NCBI GenBank assembly: GCA_964016885.1
Contig: OZ024753.1
Coordinates: forward strand, 34,038,001 to 34,102,000
DNA length: 64,000 nt
Direction: 5' to 3'
Origin: Eledone cirrhosa
Lineage: Eukaryota
The translations under genes were made by a program, and so were the position numbers. Below, piece by piece: positions 1 through 16,224 of this stretch (position 1 is the stretch's first letter; every line of letters starts with the position of its first letter). The notes beneath the pieces were generated by a model. The model saw nothing but the letters and a program-made list of their open reading frames with translations, made no database searches and was not told the origin of the DNA.

Positions 1-1331
1 TTTTTTCCACGTGTACTTTGAAGTAAACCGATCGGCTGGAGAATGTTTAGCTTTCCATTGCACATAAAGCCAAACATTTCTGTGAGAGAAGTGGGAAGAA
101 AACTAAAGAATACCAGTGAAAAGCAGTCGGCATCATAATGGAATTGAAAAGTAAGCTATAATAGGAAAGCTATGGAAAGCTATGGAAAGCTATGGAAAGC
201 AGCTATAAAGGTAAACTTAAATGCTAAGCTAAAAGGCTCACAATGATACTGTCAATGTTTCAATGAACATTTTTCTTAGGTGTTGTTATTGCCATTGTTG
301 TTGTTCTTAGTAATGTTTCTTATGAGTTTTTCCTGTTATTCATGTTAGAATTGTTTCTGTTGGTCATGTTGCCATTCATTTTACATTTCAATCATTTTTG
401 TATTATTGTAGTTTGTTACTGTTGCTGTTGCTTTTTCAGTATTGATTTCTTGTTTTTGTAGTTAGTTTTCTTCATCTTGTTCGTTCTGTTGTCAATATTT
501 CTACTGTTGTTATTATTATTATCGTTATTGTTTTTGTTTTTGTGGTTCTTGCTATTGCTCCTTTCATTATGCAATTCTCTTTTCATTGATTGATCTAAGG
601 CATATTTATGATCCACATAGGGACAAATGAAAAGCTTTGTTGATCTGTATTACATTATATCAACCACAAAACTATAACAATAACTAATAAGTACGACGAT
701 AAAAATTAAGTGATGTGATAATGAATTAGAATGAAAGCAACAATAATAAACAATTACAGTTTAACAACAACAGCACAACAAATGGCCATTATACAACAGA
801 GAAGAAAAACCAAACATATAAAAACGACCAACATCGACAGCCGCAATAACAATAACACACAGAAAATATATATCAAAAGATTTCACGGCAACAATAATGA
901 ATACAAGGATATATCAATTTTTTCTGTCATTTCAGTTAATGTTATTTCAAAACATTTGAGATAATTCAATATTTACAAAAGTTTTAATACATAGCTATAG
1001 TATGTAGATAAAAAAAAATCGTTCTAGAGTTATTTTCTTCTGAAATCAGAGCTTATGTTGTTAGATGAGATTCCATTCAGTATCATAAAGTGTTTTTGTA
1101 TTGGAGTTGCTATCGTTGTTGGTTCATTGACTTAACATCATAATACGTTCTGAGTTCAAATCCCGCTGAGGTCAACGTTACTTTGCATCTTCCCCGGGAT
1201 TGATAAATTAAAATACCAGTTAAATACTACTGAGTTCAATTTAATCGACCTTCTCTTAACTCGAAATTGCTGACCGGGGGTGGTGACTGAATGATATGTA
1301 GGCAGAAATGTGTTGACTGGAAAATATAATA

Positions 1332-1482
1332 ATCCACATCACCATCTTCATCACAACATCATCATCTTCATCATCATTCACCATATTCATCATCATTATG
1401 ATGAACATGATCATCGTCATCATCATCGCTATCATAATCATCATCATCATCCCTACCACCATCATTATCCTCATCCTCATAA
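1332..1482. repeat. Degenerate (CAT)n microsatellite
   Basis: Direct reading. Confidence 0.9.
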
Positions 1483-1546
1483 TTATATAATTTATTAATA
1501 TATTTCTTGACATTTCAGAGTTCGATTTATCTTCATCATATTATTA

Positions 1547-1726
1547 TGGATTGGCAGTATTGGGAGAGGGTCGGACGCTATGCTTTGACATATAGAGTTA
1601 CGGCCCTTGCCATTCTGAGTTCAAATCCCGCCGAGGTTAACTTTGCCTTTCATCCTTACGGGTCGATAAAATAAAGTACCAGTAATGCACTTGGTAATTG
1701 CTGGCCTTGTGCCTAACGTAGAAACA
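1547..1726 (+). mobile_element. tRNA-derived SINE, same family
   Basis: Near full length; ATTATTA on both sides. Confidence 0.93.
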
Positions 1727-2504
1727 ATTATTACAAATTCCACGTGTCTCGATTTTCTCTCAGCAATAATAATGATAACTACGATTAGTTATCAAAATTA
1801 GAATTACGAATCAAAAATACCAAAATTTGATACAATGTTTGTCAGGTAATTTATAAGAATTCTTGGCATAATAACAACAGTAAAGTAATGTCGACAATAA
1901 CCGTATTCCAAATTTATAAATTACCAAACCAGTTATTTTCCTCCTAGGCAAGATATGAACGTAATTATGGTAGATAGTTTTTAATACGTTTAACAGTTAA
2001 CCAGTCTCTGTTACTAATAATTACATCTAATAAATCAATTGTGACAGTTAGTTATAGCTGTCTAGAATTATTTGTCAGGATTAGAATGGGAGATCATATT
2101 ACTAGATGGAGAATGTGTCTGTGTAAGTCTTGAAATGTCAAGCTACTTAGCAACTAAATTAATTTCAAGTTTGAGAATACAAAATTTGCTGCCAAATCTT
2201 ATTTTACACGAATCTGCTGTATCTTATAACAATGTCAAGCTCATTTTAATATTTAAAAAGACATCTTCAAATCATACTTTATCCCCATAATACACTCTAC
2301 AAAGCTCTTGTGCTCAGTTTAACGATGTAACTATTAAATAATCATAATAGTTAAATACCAGAATGTGATAAAAATTATACGAACCATGTCACTTTACAAT
2401 AGATATCTTAATGTCGAGATATTCTGCTTACATATGATCAGTATGGGAAGGTGTTTAGTGTCAAAACTGTAGTTCAACTGATGAAATCTTAACTCTTTAC
2501 ATAC

Positions 2505-2616
2505 TCGCTAAAAATTGTTCGTGTTTAGTCAGAGAAAGGAGGAAAGCGCCCATAACATTTTTAGTGCCTGTACTACCAGTGACATAAAGGGAGAAAGCTA
2601 TCTTCAGATCAGTGAA
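2505..2616 (-). CDS. Candidate internal exon of an unidentified minus-strand gene
   Basis: caccag|FTDLKIAFSLYVTGSTGTKNVMGAFLLSLTKHEQFLA|gtatgt; open frame in non-repetitive DNA; no homology confirmed. Confidence 0.25.
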
Positions 2617-4381
2617 CTGGTGCGTATGTTTGCAGCAAAGTAAATTTCATTAAAGACACATTAGCGCCAGGTAATAATATTAAACCTGAATCACCCGACA
2701 ACAGTAAGGGACCCTCTGACTGAAATCATACTTTTTCTGTGTACCTACCACTCTTACAATGATCTCTACCTCTTTGAATTACCAGAAATTTCCCAACCAT
2801 CCATACGATCAATACATTTATCTCATCTTCATCTAACTTTATTCCTCCATTGTTTATTCTCTTCAGAACCTATGCTTTTTAAACGCCCGTTAAATATGTA
2901 TTTTACCAAACAATATATCTACATCATAAATTCTGAGTTGGTTAGTAATTACATACACGTCATCTATTCATTCGTGCATCGAAGTTTGAAGAAGTCTTAA
3001 GTTATTGGGTATTTCACATGTTTCATAATCTATCTGCAAAAGCATCAATTAATACACTTCAAGATAGTCAAACTTTCTAGGAAATATATACATAAATTTG
3101 TTTTTATATACCACGTTTGGCTCTCAAGCAAAGAGTGAGAGCGTATCCATTATCTATTGAAAATAGTTAAAACAAAGCACATTTGCCCAAGAAAGAGATA
3201 AATCCGTCGGTGGACAATTTATTGGAAAATAATAATTGCAACTCTGCATAAATATATTATTTGAAACCAAACCCAACGCTCATATTCAGCGTGTGTGCCT
3301 ATGTGTACGTGCGTGTGAGCCTGTGAATATGTGTGTGCGTGTGTGTATGTATCCATCAATGTTTGTGTTTTTGCTTTTTTCCCCCCATAACGGAGTGTTT
3401 CTATATAACGTGATCGATGAAATAAGTAATAGATTGTAATAAGTACTGGAATCGATATGATCACCGAAAACCTTTAAGACTTTGCCCCAGAATGACTTCA
3501 AATGATAAATGAAAGAGAGTGATGAATGGAAAGAGAAGCAGGAGAAATGGAATTTTAGGCGACAAAGGAGGAACAAAGGACTGTTACTTAAAAATGAGAG
3601 GGGGAGAGGAGAAATGGACATGCACACAAACAAACATTTAGAAATATATATTAAGATTTACGTAGGTTCGGTTAAACCTTTCAATATTTCTTCACAGACA
3701 TGTATTTATCGTATATCTCAACTACTTAGCGGTTAATATATCTTATTGAATTAACTATAAGCATTAGTATTTATATCATACAAATCGCAATATTGAATTC
3801 ATTGTCCCTTAGAGTATTTACTGGGCTTATAAAGCCATTAGATGTGCATTTATCTGTGCATATTGAATGGTGTAACTATCTCTAAGGATGACGCCAATTT
3901 GAGCTAGATCGTTCCCTCCGCAGAGAAATACGTAAACAATGTTTTTAAAGATATATGTTTATATAAGGCAGTGGGTTACATAGTACATTACCGCAACTTC
4001 AATTAAATTTTGTACTGTTTCTATATAGATATACCTTTATCGTATGCTCTTATGTATAAGCTCAAACTTTATGGGGTTAATAACATCAGTTCTTTATGCA
4101 CAATCTCTAATCACCCGCTGGTCATTATTGAGAAGATTATTATTAAATTAAACGCACCAGCAAATAAAAAAGAATTAATATTATTAGATGTAATTTTCTT
4201 TTCATTTTCCCTTTGGGAATTATCAGAGATATGAAAGCGAGTTCATTGTTTTCCCACAGTTATCATGTTAACTACAAAGTTATGGTAAAATATGTATAGG
4301 TTCCTAGGTTATTGTATTCTTTAATTTGTTATGTGCATATTTCTATGTAAACAGGCACGCATATAAATAGACATATAAATA

Positions 4382-4432
<51 letters not shown>

Positions 4433-4513
4433 TAATACACACATATATAACACACACACACACATATTTGTTTATGTATATATGTATATATATATATATA
4501 TCTAAAAAAAAAA

Positions 4514-4681
4514 GTCTAAAGTCTGTCTTAAGCCAGAAGGCTCATTTGGCCGGTGCTTATCCCGGTTTCATGGCGTGAAGCGACTGAGAGTACAAGACTC
4601 TCCCCCCCCCCCCGGACAGGACGCCAGTCCATCGCAGGGTTAAACCTCCAACTGTTGCTGGTACTCATTTTCAGCTGAGTA
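4514..4681 (-). mobile_element. SINE 3' part with a V-domain-like segment
   Basis: Minus strand ACTCAGCTGAAAATGAGTACC..CCTGCGATGGACTGGCGTCCTGTCCGGGG..AGTCGCTTCACGCCATGAAACCGGGATAAGC and an AGACTTT tail. Confidence 0.7.
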
Positions 4682-4747
4682 TACTTATATTTATATACAT
4701 GTATGTATTAATTTATTAAAATAACAGATTAAAGTTTAAGCAAAGAA

Positions 4748-4782
4748 TCGCTGCTTTCACCCTTAACGGGATCTTCTGAAAC
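4748..4782 (-). ncRNA. Degenerate hammerhead-like motif
   Basis: Minus strand CAGAAGA-T-CCC gttaa GGG-T-GAAA; one core substitution; lies in a unique island next to a TA tract. Confidence 0.35.
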
Positions 4783-4907
4783 TAAAAAAATCAATCTGTG
4801 AACGCAGAAGTAAATATTTCGAAAAACGTTGCAACCGAATGAAAACAGGATGACGATACTTTGGTTCGTGGAGACGTTCCCTGGCAATGAACGGAAAAAA
4901 AGCGAAG

Positions 4908-4963
<56 letters not shown>

Positions 4964-4965
<2 letters not shown>

Positions 4966-5235
4966 AGGAGATTCCAACCAGAATGGATGCATTTTTTAAG
5001 GGTATGTCAATATTTATTTATAAAACTAACCTATATTATATTTTATCTGATGAAATCGCACCATAGTTTGCTCTGGTGGCCTTGAAATATGTATAATGAA
5101 ATAAATATGGTTTTATAAATATAGTTTCCATTTGTTAATATATTGTATATTTACTCCAATAATTTGTTGTGTGCTTTATATCAGTTATAAAAATATTTTG
5201 CTTGTTGTATCCCAACAAATTAAATATAACCTCTA
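4964..5235 (+). mobile_element. Hammerhead-bearing mini-element, family A (Penelope pLTR-like), between TA tracts
   Basis: Homologous to 52126-52365 and 49483-49580; (TA)n on both sides. Confidence 0.7.
5039..5103 (+). ncRNA. Hammerhead motif (family A), partly decayed
   Basis: TATTTTAT-CTGATGA-..CACCA/TGGTG..-GAAA-TATGTA-TA-ATGAAATA; stem I pairs TATTTTAT with ATGAAATA. Confidence 0.7.
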
Positions 5236-5330
5236 CATATATATATATGGATATATATGTATATATTTATATATATGTTTGTATATATGTGTGTGTGTGT
5301 GTGTGTATATATACATATATGACATATAAC

Positions 5331-5390
<60 letters not shown>

Positions 5391-5393
<3 letters not shown>

Positions 5394-5856
5394 CGTTTCT
5401 GAATTTGTTTAGCAAGATTCTTTATCTGAAATCGTTTACAATTGAAAACACACACAAAATGAAAACACACACACACATAGAACAAACAACCAACCAACAA
5501 TAAATAAATAAACAAATAGAAAAATGAACACAAACACACACAGACACCCGGATGTGGCACATGCGCAAACTGAGCACACAACACACACACAGAAACAAAA
5601 TGGCGTAGGATAGAAGAAAGAAAAGGCACAGAAACGAAGAAAGGAATCCCCAGTCACTGAAGAGGTCACAGAGTGTGTGACGAAAGGACTATGACTATAT
5701 ATATAAACAACTATCTGGTTGTGGAACCAACCAACCAACCAGAAATTTATAAGTTTGTAGATTTGTAAATTTATAAATTTATAAATATATAATAAATTGA
5801 AGTGAAAGCAACTGGTGCGTGTGTTTCTTATTGGCAACATGACCCTCCCAAAGTAT

Positions 5857-5860
<4 letters not shown>
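5391..5860 (+). mobile_element. Family E hammerhead element with an inverted terminal segment
   Basis: 5593-5860 aligns to 42073-42325; 5391-5431 is the reverse complement of 42345-42386. Confidence 0.7.
5652..5696 (+). ncRNA. Minimal type I hammerhead ribozyme motif (family E)
   Basis: AGTCA-CTGAAGA-G-GTCACA gagtg TGTGAC-GAAA-GGAC-TA-TGACT: 5-bp stem I, 6-bp stem II, intact core and a very short helix III as in Penelope-associated hammerheads. Confidence 0.8.
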
Positions 5861-5906
<46 letters not shown>

Positions 5907-6821
5907 CAAACAAATGACGTTAAGTGCAAGATACATATGAAACAAACAAGGCGAACATCAAACAAACAAAATCGAACAAAATATAACCCAATACTGGACT
6001 GGTACATTATTTTATCAATCGCGAACGAAAGCAAGGCAAAGTTGACTTCGGCAGGATTTGAACTCAGAGGGAGCAGAGAGCCGATACGAATACCACAAAC
6101 CCTTCTACCCGACGTTCTAACGGCTGAATGAGTATATGATACACATACTGAATATCACACTTAATCAGAACAAAAATTCACATCCTGTAGCAATGTAAAC
6201 TGAAATACATGTGTCACTGATTTTCCTGTAATCTTGATTCAACATTCCTGCCGATATGTGTCGATAATCAATCACTATAAAGTCGGAAATGTGTTTCCTG
6301 TATATCAACGACGATAATATGAAAGCATAAATGTTTAAAACTAAATCTAACGCCGCGCGCTTAACTCTTAATGTCAATTAACTAGTATGGCGGTACGCAT
6401 GAAATTCAAATTTATGTTAATAATAGTTTGGATTGAAAATGGAGCTGGATCATCAGTTGACAGAAAATCGGTGTTATCGCATTAATTGAAAATCTATGCT
6501 CTGAAATAGGGACACAGCAGAACATCTGAATTTAACACTGTAAATTACCGAACGGCTTCACACTATTATATTGGTGACACTGGTTTCAATAATATATTTT
6601 TCTATATCTGCTGGGTGTGATTTAACGGTAGGCAAAGCAAGCAGAAGCAGGAAAAGAACCACAAAAAGGCGCTTCATTTTTCTTTAAACTATCAACACAC
6701 TTTTTTCTTTTAATCTTTGTTCTATTTCGTACATAACAAATATATACACACACACATACTTTCCAAATATATGTATAAGCAGAGACACATGTAAATATAC
6801 GCCCCTACACACACACACACG

Positions 6822-6856
<35 letters not shown>

Positions 6857-8040
6857 TATTGATTGCGTCCTTTTAAGTAAATGCCAAGAATGAGAAGGGA
6901 TAGACAGAGAAAGTTAACGTTATTTTACCTTTTACACTCCATTAGGCATTCAATAATAATACTTATTATTATTATTATTATACCAACAACAACAACAGCA
7001 ATAACAACATCAATAACAATAAAAATACCAATCTAATGAATGCTGCGAAATTTCATTTTGCCAAATCAGCACGCTTTCTTTCTTACTTTTTAATTCCATT
7101 ATGTATATACTTTGAAGAATGTTCAAATCTCTTGACTATTTTTATAGAAATAACTTCGTTTAATTTATTCTTTGATTTCTCTCTTAAGCTTTTGTTTTAT
7201 ACTTAGACTTTTGATGTCGTTGCTGTTGTTGCTGATACTGTTATTGTAGTTGTTGCCCTATTCTATTTGGTATTTGTCTATCTGTTTTCACGTCTGAAGA
7301 TAATTTCAGAAATACTCTACTGGCATTCAATAGGCAACCAAAGACAGAAGAGGCATAACCCTTTCACTTCCAATTAATTTTTGTAACACAAACTTTATAT
7401 AGGAAATGTATCTTTAAAACTAATATAACTAATATTTTCCAAAAATTTCTACTACATGCGGTGAATTGGTAGACTTGTTAAGACAAAAGATCTTTGGGTT
7501 TTATTCCAGCCGGTTATACTTTTAGCTCAAATCCTGCTGTGGCCAACTTTGCTATTCAGTATTTGTGGGGAGCTTAATAAAGTAAATACCAGTCAAGTAC
7601 ATATAAATTTCTAGTCCAATGCCTATGTTAAAATATATTATTTTCTAACAACTCATTTTTGATCCAGCATATCTATGATTAAAGATGTTCCTTCCTCAAC
7701 TATCGCATGAAGTGTTGACAACATTTATCGTTCGTTTTGCTACATATTCACCGCCTATGGTGATTCTTCTACATCATCACAATATTTTTTTTTTAAATGA
7801 CTTCATTTTCTCAAATCCATACTTTTGCTACCTAGCCAGGCTTACAGAATAAGAAGCCATGTTTGATTTGTTAACATGGACCCTACTAATAACCTAATGT
7901 ATAACAACCCCCGAATTATCACATTGATAAGAAAATTTTTAATTGGCGAGGAGATAACTGTAGTGACCTTAGAACCGAACGTGTTCAAAATTTCTCTCGT
8001 GGTATGCAGCGTGTATGTATGTATGTATATATATATATAG

Positions 8041-8173
8041 CGAGGGAAAAGTGGTAAGGAACCAGGTGGACCATAACGCACCAAAGTACTCAATACTTAG
8101 GGTAGTAGAGTGGGTAATAGGAGTAAGTAAGACCCCGACGGCTGAGCTCAAGCCGTTTCGACGGCTAATTCTG

Positions 8174-8174
<1 letters not shown>
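8041..8174 (-). mobile_element. Family D element carrying the 3' half of a hammerhead
   Basis: Minus strand CGAAACGGCT-TGAGCTC-AGCCGTC-GGGG (6-bp stem III, GUC site); homologous to 51314-51445; TA on both sides. Confidence 0.7.
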
Positions 8175-8261
<87 letters not shown>

Positions 8262-9096
8262 CATGCATACATATGTGTGTGTGTTTTTTTCTTTTCTTTA
8301 CAGTCGTAATCGTAATATCACAACTTTAATTGGTGTAAATTGGCAAACTCGTTATGGTATGCTGATTTAATATTCCTATAAAGCATTCTGTTCAGTTAAT
8401 ACAGTGCACTACTTTCGTTCAATAACTGCATTTAAACAGTAGTTTGTATTTGTTTATTAGTTACATTGTAATATTAGATTTTCTGAGAGTGTCTTAAGAC
8501 TAATCATATAAAATAATAGAGGGGTTAATTGATTCACACTTTTATCTGTAATAATCAGTTTGAAATCAGAAACATCAATTGATTATTGAAGCTTTAACAC
8601 TTCAACAATTATTTTCTGTTATGTGAATCAATATTATTTTAAACACGAAACACTTAACACCTAATCAAAAATCATTTACAGTATAAACGAACGATCATCT
8701 GTCGTAAATTGATTCACCCGTCTTGGGTAATCAAGTAAGCGATATCTTAAAATATCATTACTAATTGTCACTTTATTCATTTTATCCTATATAATTCCCA
8801 ACAATTGGTCACATTCTTGTCCTTAGTGATAAACTGAATTTTATAACGACACAAAGTTTCTACTCACCTGACTAAATTAACCCGATTTATTGACTTTTGT
8901 CGGGAAAGCAGCTTTATGAAGACTTTTTCTCGTTTTTAAAGCTGACATTAACAAAACGTTAATGTTAAAAATAAAGATTTGTAAATGCTTTGTAGTTTAA
9001 CATTGAATAGTTTCCTTCACAAAAATAAATTAATCAGATTATTTTATAGTCATGTTCAAACTGTTTTAAATTCCATCCCACAGAGAGATTTTGAGT

Positions 9097-9177
<81 letters not shown>

Positions 9178-10174
9178 AACAAATACGCAATGTCTCAATA
9201 ACGAAACGAAATATTGATTTCTTTTCATAACCAAAAAAACAACGCTAGGCTACACATGAGAAAGTTATTCAAAAGCATAAAAATCCTTCGATGTGAAAAT
9301 ATAAATATGTGCTAAAAAAAAGTTGGTTTTCATAAAAACATATTCACAGGGAAAATAGTAAAGGAAAACCTTATTTGGACAAGTATCTTCAAATAAAATC
9401 CAAACACAAACTGAAAAGAAAACGATTTAATGAATACTGTTCAAAATATCAAAACTGAAAAACTATTGAATATTCAATAGTTTTAATATTCAATAGGAAC
9501 GTAAATGTAATAGATTCACACTTTAGTTTTACATATAAAACCATTAAGAATTCATCAATCACACGTGAAGGTGGGAGTGAAAACCGTAAATCGATATATT
9601 ATCAATATATCCATCATCATTTAATGTCTATTAGAAGATTCTTCATCAGAGAACAGGCAGAAAAGGTCCCCTCGTTGAAGTCCATTTTTGTCTTTCATTC
9701 TTCCGGAGTCAAGAAAATAAATTACCAATCAAGTACTGGGCTTGATTTAATCGCCTTCATATACCACCAGCCAAATATTCCTGGAATTTTTCCTAAATAA
9801 GAAGCCATTAATTTATGTCTAATGATGCTGGTGATGGAGATACATAGAAACATTAAGCTCCGCCAAAAAAGTTATAGTGTTCCGCAAGATAAAGTGTCTC
9901 TTTATAAACTTTAATTTGAAAACATTTTTATATGACTATATTTTCTTTCTCGAACAATTTTCTTTCATCTGTCTTATTAAAATTAGGGTGGTGAAGATTA
10001 TCCATAAAATATATAATTATGGGTTCCTCGACAAGATAGGTTTTGGAAACATTGATCTATAGAAGTATTCTTCGTTATGTATAGTTTAATAGATACTTAT
10101 CTGAAACCTACAATAATATCTCAACAGTTATTTATATATTTGAAGTAAATGTGTGTAAGTGTGTGTCTGTACTT

Positions 10175-10357
10175 TCTTGGGTAGGAGCCCCTACACGGAC
10201 ACACTGGAAGAGGGAGACCGAGAATGATATATGTTGATGCCCTAAGGACAGACACTGGTCTCTGGAGACGCAAAACATAGAAGCGACGATGAAGGACAGA
10301 GACTGCTGGAGAGAATTCGTCCATGGATTTCGGAAATTTTACTCGCCCTAGATAGAT
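10175..10357 (+). mobile_element. RTE-clade LINE 3' end
   Basis: EPLHGHTGRGRPRMIYVDALRTDTG..MKDRDCWREFV followed by a (TAGA)n tail; same family as 43325-43635. Confidence 0.8.
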
Positions 10358-10604
10358 ATGTATGTTATATATAACTGTGTTCTCCTAGAACACTTTAGTT
10401 TGTTTAGATTTCTGTATACTCGTACATATCTTTAGTGCTTGCACTTTATATCTCATCTGTTTTAGTTTAACGTTCCAATTTAAATATACTTGATTGTTTA
10501 ACATCATCGCCATCTCCAGTTATCGTGTTCAGTTTCAATATCATGGATCGCCATTCACTGTATTTCAAATCTTCCTAATTCTTGATATTATCTATCCAAA
10601 GAAT

Positions 10605-10792
10605 AGGGCGGTGGATTGGCAGTATCGGTAGAGAGTCGGACACCATGCTTTGAAGCATAGAGTTACGTCCCTTTATGATCTGAGTTCAAATCCCGCCGAG
10701 GTTAACTTTGCCTTTCATCCTTACGGGGTCGATAAAATAAAGTACCAGTAATGTACTGGATAATTGCTGGCCTTGTGCCTAAAATAGAAACA
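10605..10792 (+). mobile_element. tRNA-derived SINE, young short subfamily
   Basis: A box TGGCAGTATCGG, B box GAGTTCAAATCC, central CCTTTCATCCTTACGGGGTCGATAAAATAAAGTACCAG; 18-bp TSD ATTATCTATCCAAAGAAT. Confidence 0.95.
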
Positions 10793-11384
10793 ATTATCTA
10801 TCCAAAGAATTTTTATTTTTCCTCATGCTCCCTTTCCATTTATTTTGCTTTCTATTAATCTATTAATATTCTCTGTAAACTGTTTGTTTGTTGTTGTTGC
10901 TGTTATTCTTGTGTTTGCTTTTTCTATAATTAAATGCCCCAAAAATAGTTTTATTTTCTCTCTTTCACGCTGAGTTTTCTGACTCTTTCTTTGTTCCAAC
11001 AGATTAAATAATTTTACATTTTATTAATATAGTTTACTCAGAATGTATGTGCCCAAAATAACTATATATTAACTTATTTCTATAAACTTATATCAAATAT
11101 ATAAATCTTAAAAGTCTGTATATATTGAAAGAGACTTTTGAATGATGTTAATAGATGTCATTCCTTCATATCAGATGTGCAACTATTTATATTATCATAT
11201 ATTCCATACATGATTTTTCATCATTTATTAAATTTATGTCAAGAAAATTAGAATTTAATTTATTTCTAGGTTCGTTTGTTTCTATAATCTTTACAAGAAA
11301 ATTAACATTGAAATGTTCATAAAACAATTCAATGAGATTTATTGTTATAAAATTAGACAGAGTGAGTGAGAGAGGGGGCGAGAC

Positions 11385-13576
<2,192 letters not shown>

Positions 13577-13814
13577 GAGTTCATGAGTTTGGAATTATTC
13601 TATGTTTTTTGCGTTATCGTTTATTCTGACGTCCGATGAAAGGCAAGATTGGTAGAGCATCAGATCAAACGCCAACTGATATTTATTTCCTTTTCTTTCT
13701 GAATACATAAAATAATTGTCTGTCTTCTATATCTCCGATGTGATAAAACAAATTATCTGTGAAATATGGAGGAAGATTCAATAGCCTACATCATCTATTA
13801 ATTGAATATGTAAC

Positions 13815-14075
13815 TTAGCACTATAGGCATGTGGTTAGAATTTCTCACTACTCAGGAAAGAATCGCTGAACAAATTTTACGGGCAAAACCAACCGGCAAG
13901 AGACCCAGAGGTAGACCCCAAGCAAGATAGTTGGATAACATCCATGAACTTGGTCACGCTTGGGGACTCAGCCGGATCAGTTGAAGACGGTCGCCTCTGA
14001 CAGGATCTCCTGGAACGAGTGTTTAAGGATTCCGCCCTTCACGACCCTCTCAGGAATAAGTGGGCAAAGAGGAAA
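13815..14075 (+). mobile_element. RTE (Expander/Rex3-like) LINE 3' end
   Basis: HVVR..QERIAEQILRAKPTGKRPRGRPQAR*LDNI..QLKTVASDRISW. Confidence 0.8.
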
Positions 14076-14305
14076 AAGAAAACAAGAAGAACCTCGCACT
14101 GAATTAAGAAATCGTTGTATTTTACCGTTTTATTTTCATAATAATTAGCATAATCGTTAAAGCGTCGAAATATGATTTGCGACATTTGTTCTTCCTCTCC
14201 TCGATCTGAGTTCAAATCCTTCCGGGGCCTATATTGCGATTCCTTCTTTCGGGAACAAATTCTGACGCAACTCACTCACTCACTGTCAAATTCTCACGCA
14301 GCCCC

Positions 14306-14347
<42 letters not shown>

Positions 14348-15511
14348 ATATATATCTCCACCTAAATAACACATCTTGAATGTTCAGCTACGTTTGCTCT
14401 CAACTACATGGGCTCCTAAAATAATTAGCAGAGTATGGTACACATTAACAAGTCGTCTTCGACTGCGACAAATGGTCTTAGTTTTCAATAATTTTTTACA
14501 AACGTAGTTATAGGAAACGAGAAATATATTTTGTGACAGAAAACAAATTTATTTTCGTTATTCCAAGTATGCATTATCTTATTAAGACTTAACTATGTTA
14601 CTATCATATTTTATGTTTTCTCTTCTTGTTAATGCTTCAGTGTGTATTGATATCCTTTGTGTTTCCATACATGAATGTAGAACTTTTGTATTTCTCTTAA
14701 GATTTAATTAATTTCATCAAGATCTAGTTTACAATTCTGCACAGTTATAATTATCTACTGTATCTTCTTACATAAGCTAAAATATCATTCTCTGTTATCT
14801 TTATATTTTCTATATGTAATTATATTAACAAAGTTTATAATCTAATATTAATTAGTAGGCATGAGCTTTAGCTGATATTTTACAATTTTCCATATAAATC
14901 TATGTTCGTATCTTCACAAACATTTTAACAATTTTCCTCATATTTAAATATTACACATCCAAACTACGTGGATGTATTTCAAACATTTTGAATCAAATAT
15001 ATTTAGCGTAGTATTATAAATACACTTAACCAATAATATACCACATACATATAAATATGTGTATGTGTGTGTGTGTTTATTGCACACGACAAAGACAACG
15101 GGGAAAACAAGAAGCGTCCCTTCTGGAAATTCTTATAGTTTTTGTGCATGACAAAGATAAAGTGAGTCTTTCGATGAATTACACAAATTAAAGCAAAGAT
15201 CTGGCTACAAACCAGTGTGCTTCAAATAAAAACGGAACGATAAAAATAAGTCGTGCAATCAACTTACCCGGAAAGGTGAGGGTACTTGGTGAACAGCAAC
15301 AAGTCTAGCAGCAAAAAGAGATAGTGCTGAACATAACATTTGATCAAGAAGTTAACTTCCTCCAATGCAATTTGATTTCTCACTCGAATTATCATAGCAC
15401 GTGACACCTAATTTCCTGTGGCTGAGACATCAGCAGCAGCAGGCTGCCTATAAGCAGAAAGCCATGTGGACACATGCCCAGAAATTCGCAGTTATTATTA
15501 TAAACAATAAG

Positions 15512-15696
15512 GGGCGGTGGATTGGCAGTATCGGTAGAGGGTCGGACGCCATGCTTTCCAGCATAGTTACGTCCCTTTACGATCTGAGTTCAAATCCCGC
15601 TGAGGTTGACTTTGCCTTTCATCCTTACGGGGTCTATAAAATAAAGTACCAGTAATGCACTGAGTAATTGCTGGCCTTGTGCCTAAAGTAGAAACA
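15512..15696 (+). mobile_element. tRNA-derived SINE, same family
   Basis: Full length; 18-bp TSD ATTATTATAAACAATAAG. Confidence 0.95.
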
Positions 15697-16224
15697 ATTA
15701 TTATAAACAATAAGAATCTGATGTATTGAGAGAGTCCTTATAGCAACGAACAAATTCTAAACAGTATTTATTCCGGTTCTTTACGTTCTTAGTTCAAATC
15801 TCGCGGAATTCAACTGTACTTTTCAATCTTCCGATGCCAGTAAAATAAGATATCAGTCAAGTACTGTGGTTGATATAATCGACTTTCACATCCCCGAAAA
15901 TTTCTGATTTTGTGTCTGCGATGGAAAACATTATTATAAACGAAATCACGTAATAAAATGATTTATTCGTTATTTAAGACGGTAATTTAATAGAAATCAA
16001 TACTGTCTACTCATGCAAAGTAATCAGTAAAGACGGTTATGTTTAAATCTTAAGTAGTTATATGGGGTGACAGATATTCAAACACAGAAGTAGTTGGCAG
16101 TATGAAGAGTCATGAAATTAAGACATTGGAAATATTCACTACAAGTAAATTTTTAAGATGTTCAGATGATATATTTTGTGGTGATATTGGTTCTGGTGAA
16201 GTATTTAAAACTAGCTTATAATAT

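Noticed and set aside
163-200. GGAAAGCTAT 10-mer repeated about four times
   Set aside because: Simple local slippage with no sign of function.
1256-1513. His-rich and Met-rich ORFs
   Set aside because: Product of a degenerate (CAT)n microsatellite.
10605-10700. tRNA genes suggested by A and B boxes
   Set aside because: They are SINE heads: no cloverleaf, followed by a shared body, tail and TSDs.
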